A stretch of DNA of 64,000 nucleotides from Myxococcota bacterium. GTDB taxonomy: Bacteria; Myxococcota_A; UBA9160; UBA6930. Within the stretch, counting starts at the first letter, position 1. Every line of letters starts with the position of its first letter. The stretch lies in assembly GCA_036560185.1 (NCBI GenBank), contig DATBRS010000247.1, positions 6,049 to 70,048 on the forward strand, written 5' to 3'. The translations under genes were made by a program, and so were the position numbers. The notes beneath the pieces are model-generated. The model saw only the letters and a list, made by a program, of their open reading frames with translations. It ran no database searches and was not told where the DNA came from. This document shows positions 37,248-45,632 of this stretch, one piece after another.

Positions 37248-38054
37248 ATGGCAAGCGATCTCACTCTCTCTCCCTTCGGCCGGGTACTTCGCCGCTGGCG
37301 CGGCGTGCGCGGCATGAGCCAGCTAGATCTCGCGACCGCGGCGGCGACCTCGACGCGCCACCTGTCGTTTCTCGAGACGGGCCGCGCGCAGCCCAGCCGC
37401 GAGATGGTGCTGCGCCTCGCGCGCGCGCTCGACGTGCCGCTGCGCGAGCGCAACGCGCTGCTCGGCGCCGCGGGCTTCGCCGCGCTCTACCGCGAGAGCG
37501 CGCTCGAGGCGCCGGCGCTGAGCGCGCTCGTGCGCATGATCGATTTCACGCTCGCTCGCTTCGAGCCCTTCCCCGCGTTCTTGATCGACCGCTGCTTTCG
37601 CGTGCGGCGCGCGAACGCTGCGGCGGCGCGGGCGCTCGGCGGCTTCGCCGGCGCCGCCCCGGTGTGGCGCGAGCAGCCGCCGAACTTGTTACGGCTCACG
37701 CTGCATCCCGACGGGCTGCAGCCTCACATCGTGAACTTTCGCGAGGTCGCGGGCATGATGCTGGCACGGCTCGAGCGCGCCGTGGCGACCTCCGGCGGCG
37801 ACGCGGAGCTCTCGGCGCTCGAGCGCGAGCTGCGTGCGCTGCCGGGCTCGCCCGATGCGAGCGCGCTTCCCGTCACGATCGACCCCGTGATGCCGCTGCA
37901 TCTGAAGCGCGGCGCGCTCGAAGTCCGGCTGTTCACGATGCTCTCGCAGCTGGGCGCGGCGCAAGATGTCACGGCCGACGAGCTGCACATCGAGACGCTG
38001 ATGCCGGCGGACGCGGCGAGCGAGGCGGCGCTGCGCGAGCTCGCGCCGAGCTGA
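37248..38054 (+). CDS. XRE-family HTH regulator with MmyB-like ligand-binding domain
   Basis: The HTH RGVRGMSQLDLATAAATSTRHLSFLETGRAQPSREMVLRLARAL is followed by LDVPLRERNALLGAAGFA and a C-terminal domain of MmyB type. Confidence 0.75.
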   Translation: MASDLTLSPFGRVLRRWRGVRGMSQLDLATAAATSTRHLSFLETGRAQPSREMVLRLARALDVPLRERNALLGAAGFAALYRESALEAPALSALVRMIDFTLARFEPFPAFLIDRCFRVRRANAAAARALGGFAGAAPVWREQPPNLLRLTLHPDGLQPHIVNFREVAGMMLARLERAVATSGGDAELSALERELRALPGSPDASALPVTIDPVMPLHLKRGALEVRLFTMLSQLGAAQDVTADELHIETLMPADAASEAALRELAPS

Positions 38055-38065
38055 GCGCGGAGCCG

Positions 38066-38095
38066 CCCCGGAGATCGGCGAGCGATCTCCCGGGG
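38066..38095. terminator. GC-rich hairpin between convergent genes (candidate bidirectional terminator)
   Basis: CCCCGGAGATCG-gcgag-CGATCTCC(C)GGGG forms a 12-bp stem with one bulge. It lies between the stop of the MmyB-like gene (38054) and the stop of the minus-strand gene (38104). There is no U-tract. Confidence 0.4.
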
Positions 38096-38103
38096 AGCTC
38101 TCG

Positions 38104-38433
38104 CTAGGCCGCTCGGGCCGAAGCGACGCGCGGCGCCGAGCGCAGAGCGCGCGCCTCGCGATGGATCAGATACAGCAGCGGCCCGGCGACGCCGAGCGCC
38201 AGCGTGATCGCGACGTAGGGCGCAAAGGGCGTGCGCGTCGCGCGCGAATCGCCGCGCATCCAGAGCAAGACGAGGCAGAGCGAGATCGTCAGGTCGACGC
38301 CCGCGAGCACGGTCGAGGTGCTGCGCAGCATCTCGACGTAGAAGCCGAGCAGGCCTGCGGTCGCGAGCACGTACGCGGTGAGGGCGAGGAACGGCAGCAG
38401 CACGGCGCTGTACACGAGTTGGCGAGTGGACAT
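38104..38433 (-). CDS. Small integral membrane protein (109 aa, DUF2834-like)
   Basis: ATG at 38433 with an AGGAGAA SD. It has three hydrophobic segments (VYSAVLLPFLALTAYVLATAGLLGF; LAGVDLTISLCLVLLWM; YVAITLALGVAGPLLYLI). Confidence 0.55.
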   Translation of the reverse strand: MSTRQLVYSAVLLPFLALTAYVLATAGLLGFYVEMLRSTSTVLAGVDLTISLCLVLLWMRGDSRATRTPFAPYVAITLALGVAGPLLYLIHREARALRSAPRVASARAA

Positions 38434-38590
38434 CGGGTTCTCCTGGGGGCTGCGGGAACTGAAGCGCCAGGTCGATGGGGCCGCGATTCCCCGAGAGGGA
38501 ACGAACGCCACACGGCTCCGAGAGCGCTGCTGCCCGCCCTGCGCCCGGCCCCTCCCCGCGGCGCATGCGTTCCGTATCTTGCGCGGACCC

Positions 38591-39655
38591 ATGGCCGCCC
38601 TCCTGCGAACGCCAGCGCCCCCCGCCGCTTCGAGCGCGGCCGCAGCGAGCCCGCCCGACTCGCTCGAGCGCGAGCTGGCGGCGACGCACCGCCCGCGGCC
38701 GGCGATTTATTGGGTGGACTTCCTCGCCTGCGTCGCGATCGGCTGGCCGGCTTTCGCGCTCGCGGTGGCGAGCTGGGGCAGCGGCGCCGCGTGGCTCGCA
38801 CTCGGCGTGGCGGTGTTCGCGCTCTACCGCGCCGCGCTCTTCATTCACGAGCTCACGCACCTCGCGAGCGGCGCGGTGCCCGGCTTCCTCGCGGCCTGGG
38901 ACGCGCTCGCGGGCTTCCCGCTGCTGGTTCCGAGCCTCATGTACGTGGGCTCGCACGGGGAGCACCACAAGGCGCACATCTTCGGCACCGCCGCGGATCC
39001 CGAGTACGCGCCGATCGCGCACTGGAGCCGGCCGCGGCTGCTCGTCGCGACACTGGGCATGCTGCTCATCCCCGCGGCGCTCGTGCTGCGCTGGGGCCTG
39101 CTCGTGCCGCTGGGAGCACTCGTGCCGGCGGTGCGGCGCTTCGCGATCACGCATCTCTCGACTCTCGCGATCAACGCGAGCTACGAACGCAAGCCGCCGA
39201 AGGGCGTGCTCAAGAAGCGCTGGCTCCGGGAAGAGCTCGGGTGCATGGCGGTGGTGTGGGCAGCGGGCGTGGCGCTCGCGCTCGGCGCGCTGCCCGTTCG
39301 CGCGCTCGCGCTCTGGTACGGGCTCGTCTCCGCGATCCTCATGATCAACCACCTGCGTACGCTCGGCGCGCACCGCTACGCGAACGAAGGCGCGGCGATG
39401 ACGCTCGACGAGCAGGTCGCGGACTCGGTGAACCTGTGGGGCCCCGCCTGGCTGCGTCCGCTCACCGCGCTGCTCGCGCCGGTAGGCCTGCGCTTCCACG
39501 CGCTGCATCACTTCTTCCCGACGCTGCCGTATCACGCGCTCGGCGCCGTGCATCGCCGGCTCGTGCGCGAGCTGCCCGCGGGCGCGGTCTACCGCACGAC
39601 CTCGCAGCCCGCGCTCACGAGCGCCCTGGTCGCGCTCGCGAACAAGCTGAAGTAG
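38591..39655 (+). CDS. Membrane fatty-acid desaturase/hydroxylase family protein (three His boxes)
   Basis: ATG at 38591. The His boxes are HELTH, HGEHH and HALHH, with TM segments between them. The HELxH...HxxHH layout recalls lipid and sphingolipid desaturases/hydroxylases. Confidence 0.75.
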   Translation: MAALLRTPAPPAASSAAAASPPDSLERELAATHRPRPAIYWVDFLACVAIGWPAFALAVASWGSGAAWLALGVAVFALYRAALFIHELTHLASGAVPGFLAAWDALAGFPLLVPSLMYVGSHGEHHKAHIFGTAADPEYAPIAHWSRPRLLVATLGMLLIPAALVLRWGLLVPLGALVPAVRRFAITHLSTLAINASYERKPPKGVLKKRWLREELGCMAVVWAAGVALALGALPVRALALWYGLVSAILMINHLRTLGAHRYANEGAAMTLDEQVADSVNLWGPAWLRPLTALLAPVGLRFHALHHFFPTLPYHALGAVHRRLVRELPAGAVYRTTSQPALTSALVALANKLK

Positions 39656-39667
39656 CGGGCGTCGCCT

Positions 39668-40633
39668 TCAGCGCAGCGCGCCGGAGCGAAGCAGGCGGAA
39701 GATCACGGGCCACGCGTAGAGGAGCGGGCGGCGACGTTGCCGTTCGCTGAGCTCGATCTTCGCTCCGCTGTGGCGCTCGACCTTCCAGACCGCGTAGGGC
39801 AGCCAACCCTGAAACGTGAACGCGGTCTTCAGCAGGCCAGCGATCGCGAGCGCCTTCGCGAGCGGACGTCGCGCGCGCCACGCCCGGCGGGCGCGCACGC
39901 GCTCGGCGAGCGGCTGCGCGACGCGCACGCTGGCCTCGTCGGCGTCCAGCAGCTCGATCTCGCCGCGCTCGGCGAGCGCGGCGAGCGCCGCGCGCAGCAC
40001 GGCGGCGTAGCGCGCGGGGTCGGCCGCCGCGATCGCGTCGATCGAGGCGGGGCGCTCGCTGCGCAGCTCGGCGCGATACGTCTCGCGGAACGCGTCGGCC
40101 CAGAGCGTGCGCACCGCGAGCGTTCGTTCGGGCGCATCGCCCGGAGCCCACGCGAGCATGCGCGACGCCATCGTGAGCGCCGCGGAAGCAGCGGCGGCGA
40201 CGATCGCGGTGCGCGCCTCTTCGTCGCGCGCCCACACCAGGCGCGCGGGCTGACAGAAGCGCGACCAGATGCGGCAGTCGACGCTCGCCGGCGTCGCCCG
40301 CCGCGCGAAATCCGCGAGCGAGATCAGCGCGTACTTCGCGCGCAGATTCTCCGCGCGCAGCTCGAGGTAGTGAACGTTCGGCGGCAACGCGGCGCCGAGC
40401 GCCGCGAGCGCGGAAGCGCCGTACGCGCCGCGGTAGCCGTCGACGATCACGTAGAAGTCGAGCACGCCTTCGCTGACGCCGCGGCGCAGGCACGAGCCGT
40501 AGAACAGCAGCGCGACGACGGCGGCGCCGTGGCGCGCGTGCAGCTCGCTCGCGAGGCGCTGCGCGCCGGGCAGCACCGGGCCCGCGAGCTCGGCCCGGAA
40601 GAGCGCCTCGAGAGCGTCGCGCGCGCTCGCCAA
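39668..40633 (-). CDS. Hypothetical protein, possible Tam41/Mmp37-like nucleotidyltransferase (phosphatidate-cytidylyltransferase-like fold)
   Basis: 321 aa. An NTase-type hG[GS]...D pattern (LLFYGSCLRRGVSEGVLDFYVIVD) is followed by HYLEL...LRAKYALISLADFARR and RIWSRFCQPARLV. As I recall, these parallel conserved Tam41 blocks. This rests on motif reading only. Confidence 0.35.
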   Translation of the reverse strand: MASARDALEALFRAELAGPVLPGAQRLASELHARHGAAVVALLFYGSCLRRGVSEGVLDFYVIVDGYRGAYGASALAALGAALPPNVHYLELRAENLRAKYALISLADFARRATPASVDCRIWSRFCQPARLVWARDEEARTAIVAAAASAALTMASRMLAWAPGDAPERTLAVRTLWADAFRETYRAELRSERPASIDAIAAADPARYAAVLRAALAALAERGEIELLDADEASVRVAQPLAERVRARRAWRARRPLAKALAIAGLLKTAFTFQGWLPYAVWKVERHSGAKIELSERQRRRPLLYAWPVIFRLLRSGALR

Positions 40634-40637
40634 ACGA

Positions 40638-41594
40638 TTAGGCGCGCGCGAAGCGCACGCTCTCCTCGGCGGTGATGGTGTAGGCGGCGTCGGCTTCGAT
40701 CGGGAACAGCTCGCCGTCCACGGTCACCTCGCAGCCGGCGCGCAGCGAGGCGCACGAGACTCGCGCGCTCGTGTAGCCGTGCTCCGGCGTCGCGAAGGCG
40801 GGGGCGCGGCCGCGCAGGATCTGCGGAATCGTGCGCGCCAGGCGCTCCGCGTTGCCTCGCACGAGCGTCGTGCGGATCGGCCCCTCGCCCGCTCCCCAAC
40901 AAGGCCGGAAGCCGAAGATCAGCCGCTCGAGCGTGGTGAACAGCGTGACCAGGCGCCGTTCATCGGGCAGCGGCTTGCCGTCGAACGCGAGCCCGATCTC
41001 GTCGGGATGCATCAGCGCGCCACGCGCGCCCGTGAGGATGTTGGCGACCAGCGTGCACGTGACGAGCGCGACGCCGATCGTCTCCTGCAGCCGCCCTTTC
41101 GGCAGATGGCGCGTGGTGAGCGACACGGCGCGCCCGAGCATGCCCGCCGCGGCGAACATGCCGCAGCGCACCTCACCGCTTCGCTGGCGCGCGACGCGCA
41201 ATACCGCGCGCGATGCGATGCGCGCCTCCAGCTTGCCCGCGCGCGCGTCCGCGACGATCTCGCGCAAGCCCTGCGCGCCGTCGCGCACGGCGCCGAGATC
41301 GGCCGCGGTCATGTTGGTTCGGCCGCCGCGAATCGGCGCGATCACCGGCAGCCAGCTCGGCCGGCCGGTCGCGAGCAGCGCGGTGAGGGCGCATTCGAGC
41401 GTGCCGTCGCCGCCGTTGACGATCAGTAGCTCGACGTCCGCGCGGCGCATCCGCTCGATCGCCTCGGGCACCGCGGCCGCCGAGGGCGTCGCGAAGTGCA
41501 TCACGTCGGGGGCACCCTCGACCTCGCGCAGGATGCGCTCGCCGAGGCGCTTGTTGCGGCCGGCGCGCAGGTTGTTGAGGAGGCCGATGCGCAA
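40638..41594 (-). CDS. Diacylglycerol-kinase catalytic-domain (DAGK_cat/LCB5/YegS-type) lipid kinase
   Basis: 318 aa. It has the signature LLIVNGGDGTLECAL and the pattern IAPIRGGRTNMTAADLG. TTG start. Confidence 0.75.
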   Translation of the reverse strand: MRIGLLNNLRAGRNKRLGERILREVEGAPDVMHFATPSAAAVPEAIERMRRADVELLIVNGGDGTLECALTALLATGRPSWLPVIAPIRGGRTNMTAADLGAVRDGAQGLREIVADARAGKLEARIASRAVLRVARQRSGEVRCGMFAAAGMLGRAVSLTTRHLPKGRLQETIGVALVTCTLVANILTGARGALMHPDEIGLAFDGKPLPDERRLVTLFTTLERLIFGFRPCWGAGEGPIRTTLVRGNAERLARTIPQILRGRAPAFATPEHGYTSARVSCASLRAGCEVTVDGELFPIEADAAYTITAEESVRFARA

Positions 41595-41633
41595 CTCGCG
41601 TTCTCGCTCGCGTGCGGGGCTCGTTCGTGCGCC

Positions 41634-42581
41634 CTACTGGTAGAACGTGTAGCTCGCGATCGCCGTACCCTCGCGCCGCGCCGCCCGCGCGCCCTCGCGC
41701 ACGTCGATCGCGAACGGTGACGCCATCCACGCCGACCGCAAGCGCAGCCCGAGCACGAAGCGGATGGGCGCCGGCAGGTCGGCGAGCGGGTCGTAGCTGG
41801 CGAGCGGCGCGCCCGCGCTCAGCACGCCGGGCGCGAGCGGGCCCGCCAGCGCGAGCCGCGCGGCCGGAGCGTCGAGCTTCTCGTTCGGAACCTGCGTCGC
41901 ACTCTCTTGCGCGAGCAGCTTGCCGTGCGCGTCGAACGCGACGACCCAGCGCTCGGCGCGCTTTCCGTTCGCGACCTCGAGCACGTAGATCGGCGCGGCG
42001 CCGAGGGTGAAGGCCTCGAGGCGGCGCTGCGCGAGCTTGGACTCCGGCCCTTCGATCTTGCGCCGCGAGAGCGCGACGCGGCCCTTGCCGGCGAGCGGTG
42101 CCGCCATGCCGCGCTTCCAGAACGACGCATTCAGCGGAGCGCCGGCGGCCCATAATTCCTGCGTCCACTTTCCGCCGGCGAGCGTGTGGGTGGCGAGCGG
42201 CGCCGCCGCGAGCGGGAAATCGAGCGTCAGCTGCAGACTCTTCTTCTCGACGCGCAGCTGCGCGCGCGGCTGCGTGCGATCGAACACGAACTTGCCGAGG
42301 TCGATGCGCTTGCCGTCGGGGCTCGGCGTCCATGCGCCGCCGAGCTTCGCGCGCGAGAAGGGCGTGAGCGCGCCGTCCGGCGCGAGCCAGTTGCCGATCG
42401 CCGCTGCGTTGCGCTCGCCGGGCCCGATGTCGGTGAGCGTGAACTCGACGAACACTTGCTCGCCAGAATCGAGCCGCGCGGCGAGCAGCCACCATTCGGT
42501 CGGCGCCGCGTGCGCGGCGGCAGCCGCCGCAAGCCCGAGCCCACACGACCAGCGCAGCACGGCAGCGAGCATGCGGAACAC
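41634..42581 (-). CDS. Secreted protein of unknown function (possible AttH/CrtC-type lipocalin-like fold)
   Basis: Signal peptide MFRMLAAVLRWSCGLGLAAAAAAHA. The mature N-terminus APTEWWLLAARLDSGEQVFVEFTL recalls the EWWY motif of AttH-like lipocalin domains, which is weak evidence. It lies inside the lipid operon. Confidence 0.4.
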   Translation of the reverse strand: MFRMLAAVLRWSCGLGLAAAAAAHAAPTEWWLLAARLDSGEQVFVEFTLTDIGPGERNAAAIGNWLAPDGALTPFSRAKLGGAWTPSPDGKRIDLGKFVFDRTQPRAQLRVEKKSLQLTLDFPLAAAPLATHTLAGGKWTQELWAAGAPLNASFWKRGMAAPLAGKGRVALSRRKIEGPESKLAQRRLEAFTLGAAPIYVLEVANGKRAERWVVAFDAHGKLLAQESATQVPNEKLDAPAARLALAGPLAPGVLSAGAPLASYDPLADLPAPIRFVLGLRLRSAWMASPFAIDVREGARAARREGTAIASYTFYQ

Positions 42582-42587
42582 TCCCGG

Positions 42588-43754
42588 TCAGCGCTGCGAG
42601 GCCATCTGCGCGAGCGCGATCTCTTCCTCCCACGGGCGCAGCGTGCGGCCGGCCGCGCGCAGCGCGAGCGCGTGCGCGAGCCGCGCGACGTGGAACGCGA
42701 TCGAGAGGCCCGTCCACCAGGCCACCGCTTCGAAGCCGAGCGCCGGCGAGCCGGCGAGCGTGCAGAGCGTCAGCAGCACGAGGTTGGGATTGCGGCGCGC
42801 CGTAATCAGTCGAAAGAAGGAATCGAGCGGCCGCCACGAGTGCGTCTCGAATCCGCACGCGAGCATGAAGACGCCCTCGAGCAGACGGCCGGCGACGTAG
42901 CCGCCGATCACGACGAGCGCGGCCGGGGATTGGAGGCCCACGCCGATGCCGAGCGCCCACGCGGCCCACCAGACGGGTGGATGCGCGAGGTCGAGCCCGT
43001 GATCGAGCCAGTGCCCGATCGGCGACGAGCTCTGCGTGACGCGCGCGAGCTTGCCGTCGACCGTGTCGAGGAAGGTCATGCACCACGCGGCGCCGAGGCC
43101 GAGGCCGAACTCGCCGTGCGCGAACGCGAACGTCGCGTAGAGCACGAGCGCCCAGCTCATCAGCGTGACGACGTTCGGCGTGATGCCGAAGCGCGCGCAC
43201 GCTCTCACGACGCGGAACGCGAGCGGGGGCCACGCGTACTTCGTGATGAAATCCGTGACGCCCTTGTAGGACGCGTCGAACAGTGCCCGCTCGATCTCCG
43301 CCGCGTTCCCCGGCGTCGCGATGCGCAGCAGCGGAGGCGCGAGCTTGCGCAGCTCCGGCGTGTAGGCGGGCGCGAGCTGTTCGGCGCTGCGCACGGCGAC
43401 CCCGCCGAGCGGCGCACCGCCCGCGAGCCATGCCGCGGCTTCCGCGGCGCGCTCGCCCGCGACCACCGCGGCGGCCGGCCCCGCGCTCTCCGCGACCAGC
43501 GCGACGGGGTCGCCCGTGAGCAGCTGCTTCGCGATGCGCTCGTCGAGCACCGCGTCGCCGCGCACGAGCAGCACGAGCTCCCCGTCGCGAGCGGCTCCCG
43601 CACTCGCGCCGCCGGCGCTGACCTCGCCTGCGCCCGCGCGCGAGAAGGTCTGCGCGAGGCGCGCGTCGCTGCGCTGCGCGAACAGGACGGGGAGGGGCGC
43701 GCCGGAGGGCGCGAGCACGAACACGCGGCGCGCAGCGGCCTCGGCGCCGCTCAT
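42588..43754 (-). CDS. Fusion of a degenerate nucleotidyltransferase-like domain to a CDP-alcohol phosphotransferase (copy 1)
   Basis: ATG at 43754 (GAGGAG upstream). The C-terminal half carries the family motif DTVDGKLARVTQSSSPIGHWLDHGLD (D-G-x2-A-R...G-x3-D-x3-D) within multiple TM helices. The N-terminal ~190 aa are alpha/beta-like (VFVLAPSG...LVLLVRGDAVLDERI). It is a paralog of 45633..46931. Confidence 0.75.
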   Translation of the reverse strand: MSGAEAAARRVFVLAPSGAPLPVLFAQRSDARLAQTFSRAGAGEVSAGGASAGAARDGELVLLVRGDAVLDERIAKQLLTGDPVALVAESAGPAAAVVAGERAAEAAAWLAGGAPLGGVAVRSAEQLAPAYTPELRKLAPPLLRIATPGNAAEIERALFDASYKGVTDFITKYAWPPLAFRVVRACARFGITPNVVTLMSWALVLYATFAFAHGEFGLGLGAAWCMTFLDTVDGKLARVTQSSSPIGHWLDHGLDLAHPPVWWAAWALGIGVGLQSPAALVVIGGYVAGRLLEGVFMLACGFETHSWRPLDSFFRLITARRNPNLVLLTLCTLAGSPALGFEAVAWWTGLSIAFHVARLAHALALRAAGRTLRPWEEEIALAQMASQR

Positions 43755-43781
43755 TCGCTCCTCATCCGCGCGCAGCGTTGC

Positions 43782-44759
43782 GTGCCCATTCGCATCCTCG
43801 AGTCGGGCTCCCAGCGACCGGCGCGTATCATAGGCCGGTACGCTCTGGAGGTCGCCGCGCTGTTCCGGCTCGCCCACGTTTCCGATCTGCACGCTACGCG
43901 CGTGCGCTTCTCCGGCCTCGCTGAGCTGAACGCGAAGCGCGCGCTCGGCTGGCTCTCCTGGCAGGTGCGGCGGCGCCGCAAGTACCGGCCCGAGATCGCG
44001 GCGCGCGTGATCGACGATTTGGTCGCGAGCGCCCCCGATCACGTCGCGGTGACCGGCGATCTCACGCACATGGGCCTCGACGCGGAAGTCGCGGAAGCCG
44101 CGGCGTGGCTCGCGCGGCTCGGCCCGCCCGAGCGCGTGACGCTCGTCCCCGGAAATCACGACGCGTATGGCGCGCGGCTCGATCACGCCTGCATGGACGC
44201 ATGGCGCCCCTATTTAAATTCAGACCAGGGCGCGCGGGGCGCGACGCGAGCGGCGGCGCCCTTCCCCAGCCTGCGCGTTCGCGGTCCGGTGGCGCTCGTG
44301 GGCCTCAGCTCCGCCGTGCCCACGCCGGTGCACCTCGCGACCGGGCGCGTCGGCGAGGCGCAGCTCGCCGCGTTGCCCGACCTGCTGCGCGACCTCGCTG
44401 CGCGCAAGCTCTGCCGCGTCGTGCTCGTCCACCACCCGCCGACGCGCGCGCACGTCTCGTGGCGGCGGCGCCTCGAAGACGGCCCCGCGCTGTGCCGGAT
44501 CCTCGCGCGCGCCGGCGCCGAGCTGGTGCTGCACGGGCACACCCATCGCGCCGCGCGCGACGCGATCGCGAGCGCGCATGGGCCGATCCCGGTGCTCGGC
44601 GTGCCCGCGACGTCCTCCGCCGTGCGCGCTCGGCCGGGCGCTTATCAGGTGTTCTCGATCGCAGAGCGCGGCGCAGGCGGCTACGCGATCTCGCGCGAGC
44701 TGCGCGAGATCAGCGGCGTATCAGGCCCGCTGCGCTCGCTCGGCAGCGAATCGCTCTAG
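43782..44759 (+). CDS. Calcineurin-like metallophosphoesterase
   Basis: Motifs are HVSDLH, VTGDLTH, PGNHD, LVHHPP and VLHGHTH. The start is uncertain. GTG at 43782 is the first canonical start, but a CTG at 43860 sits 8 nt after a GGAGG and would give the typical N-terminus (M)FRLAHVSDLH. Confidence 0.75.
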   Translation: MPIRILESGSQRPARIIGRYALEVAALFRLAHVSDLHATRVRFSGLAELNAKRALGWLSWQVRRRRKYRPEIAARVIDDLVASAPDHVAVTGDLTHMGLDAEVAEAAAWLARLGPPERVTLVPGNHDAYGARLDHACMDAWRPYLNSDQGARGATRAAAPFPSLRVRGPVALVGLSSAVPTPVHLATGRVGEAQLAALPDLLRDLAARKLCRVVLVHHPPTRAHVSWRRRLEDGPALCRILARAGAELVLHGHTHRAARDAIASAHGPIPVLGVPATSSAVRARPGAYQVFSIAERGAGGYAISRELREISGVSGPLRSLGSESL

Positions 44760-44761
44760 GG

Positions 44762-45568
44762 CTAGGCCCCGCGTTTCAGCAGCCGCTCGACGAGCGCGAA
44801 ATCCTCGAGCTTGTCGACGTCGATGCCCGCGCGGCCGTCCGCGAGCCGCACGGCGCCGATGCGCGCGCCGCTGGCTCGCGAGATCGCCTCGAGCGCGGCC
44901 TCGAGGGGCAGGCGCCCGGCCATGAAGCGCGCGAGCGTGACCGCGCCGAACACCGCGGCGAGGCGCCAGGGCTCCTTGCGGAAGCCCTCGGCTCTGCGCC
45001 AGAACGCGGCGACGCGCGCGGCGCCGGGCGTGCGCGCCAGGAACAAGTTCGCGCCGGTGAAGCGCTCGCGGCCGAGCCGCAGCCAGGTTCGCTTGTTATG
45101 GGGAGCGACTGCGAGCACCGCCAGGTCGGGCACGAGCGCCACGCACAGGTCGTTCCCGCTCGCGAGCGCGTCGTCGAGGAATGCGCTGACCGTGGCGGCC
45201 GCGAGCAGCGGATGATCGGCGGTCGTCACCAGCACGAGCGCACTCGCGCTGCGCTCGACGAAATCGCGCACGCTGTCCGCGGGCGACGAGCCGCTCGCGT
45301 GCAGCGCGAGCTCGCCGGAGGCGAACGCGGGGCCGAACTCAGGATGGCGCCGCAGCGCCTCGGGGTCGTCGATGCTGATCGTGATCTGCCCGACCGCCGG
45401 CACGGCGCGCAGCGCCTCCAGCACGTACGAGAGCAGCGGCCGCCCATGCATCGGCGCCAGCGCCTTGTGCGTGACCCCCGCCGCGCGCGCGATCGGCTCC
45501 TCGCCGCCGCGCCGGCCGGCGAGCACGAGCGCAGCCACCGTCTCCGTTCGCTTCGGCTTCGTGAGCAC
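44762..45568 (-). CDS. MobA-like (NTP_transf_3) nucleotidyltransferase family protein
   Basis: 268 aa. The N-terminus AALVLAGRRGGEEPIARAAGVTHKALAPMHGRPLLSYVLEAL and the later LVTTADHPLL are typical of this fold. Confidence 0.65.
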   Translation of the reverse strand: MLTKPKRTETVAALVLAGRRGGEEPIARAAGVTHKALAPMHGRPLLSYVLEALRAVPAVGQITISIDDPEALRRHPEFGPAFASGELALHASGSSPADSVRDFVERSASALVLVTTADHPLLAAATVSAFLDDALASGNDLCVALVPDLAVLAVAPHNKRTWLRLGRERFTGANLFLARTPGAARVAAFWRRAEGFRKEPWRLAAVFGAVTLARFMAGRLPLEAALEAISRASGARIGAVRLADGRAGIDVDKLEDFALVERLLKRGA

Positions 45569-45632
45569 GCGCCGCGATTAGAGCACATCTGCCGGAGCCG
45601 GACGGCGCGCGGGCGCGCGCAGCGCCCACGAT

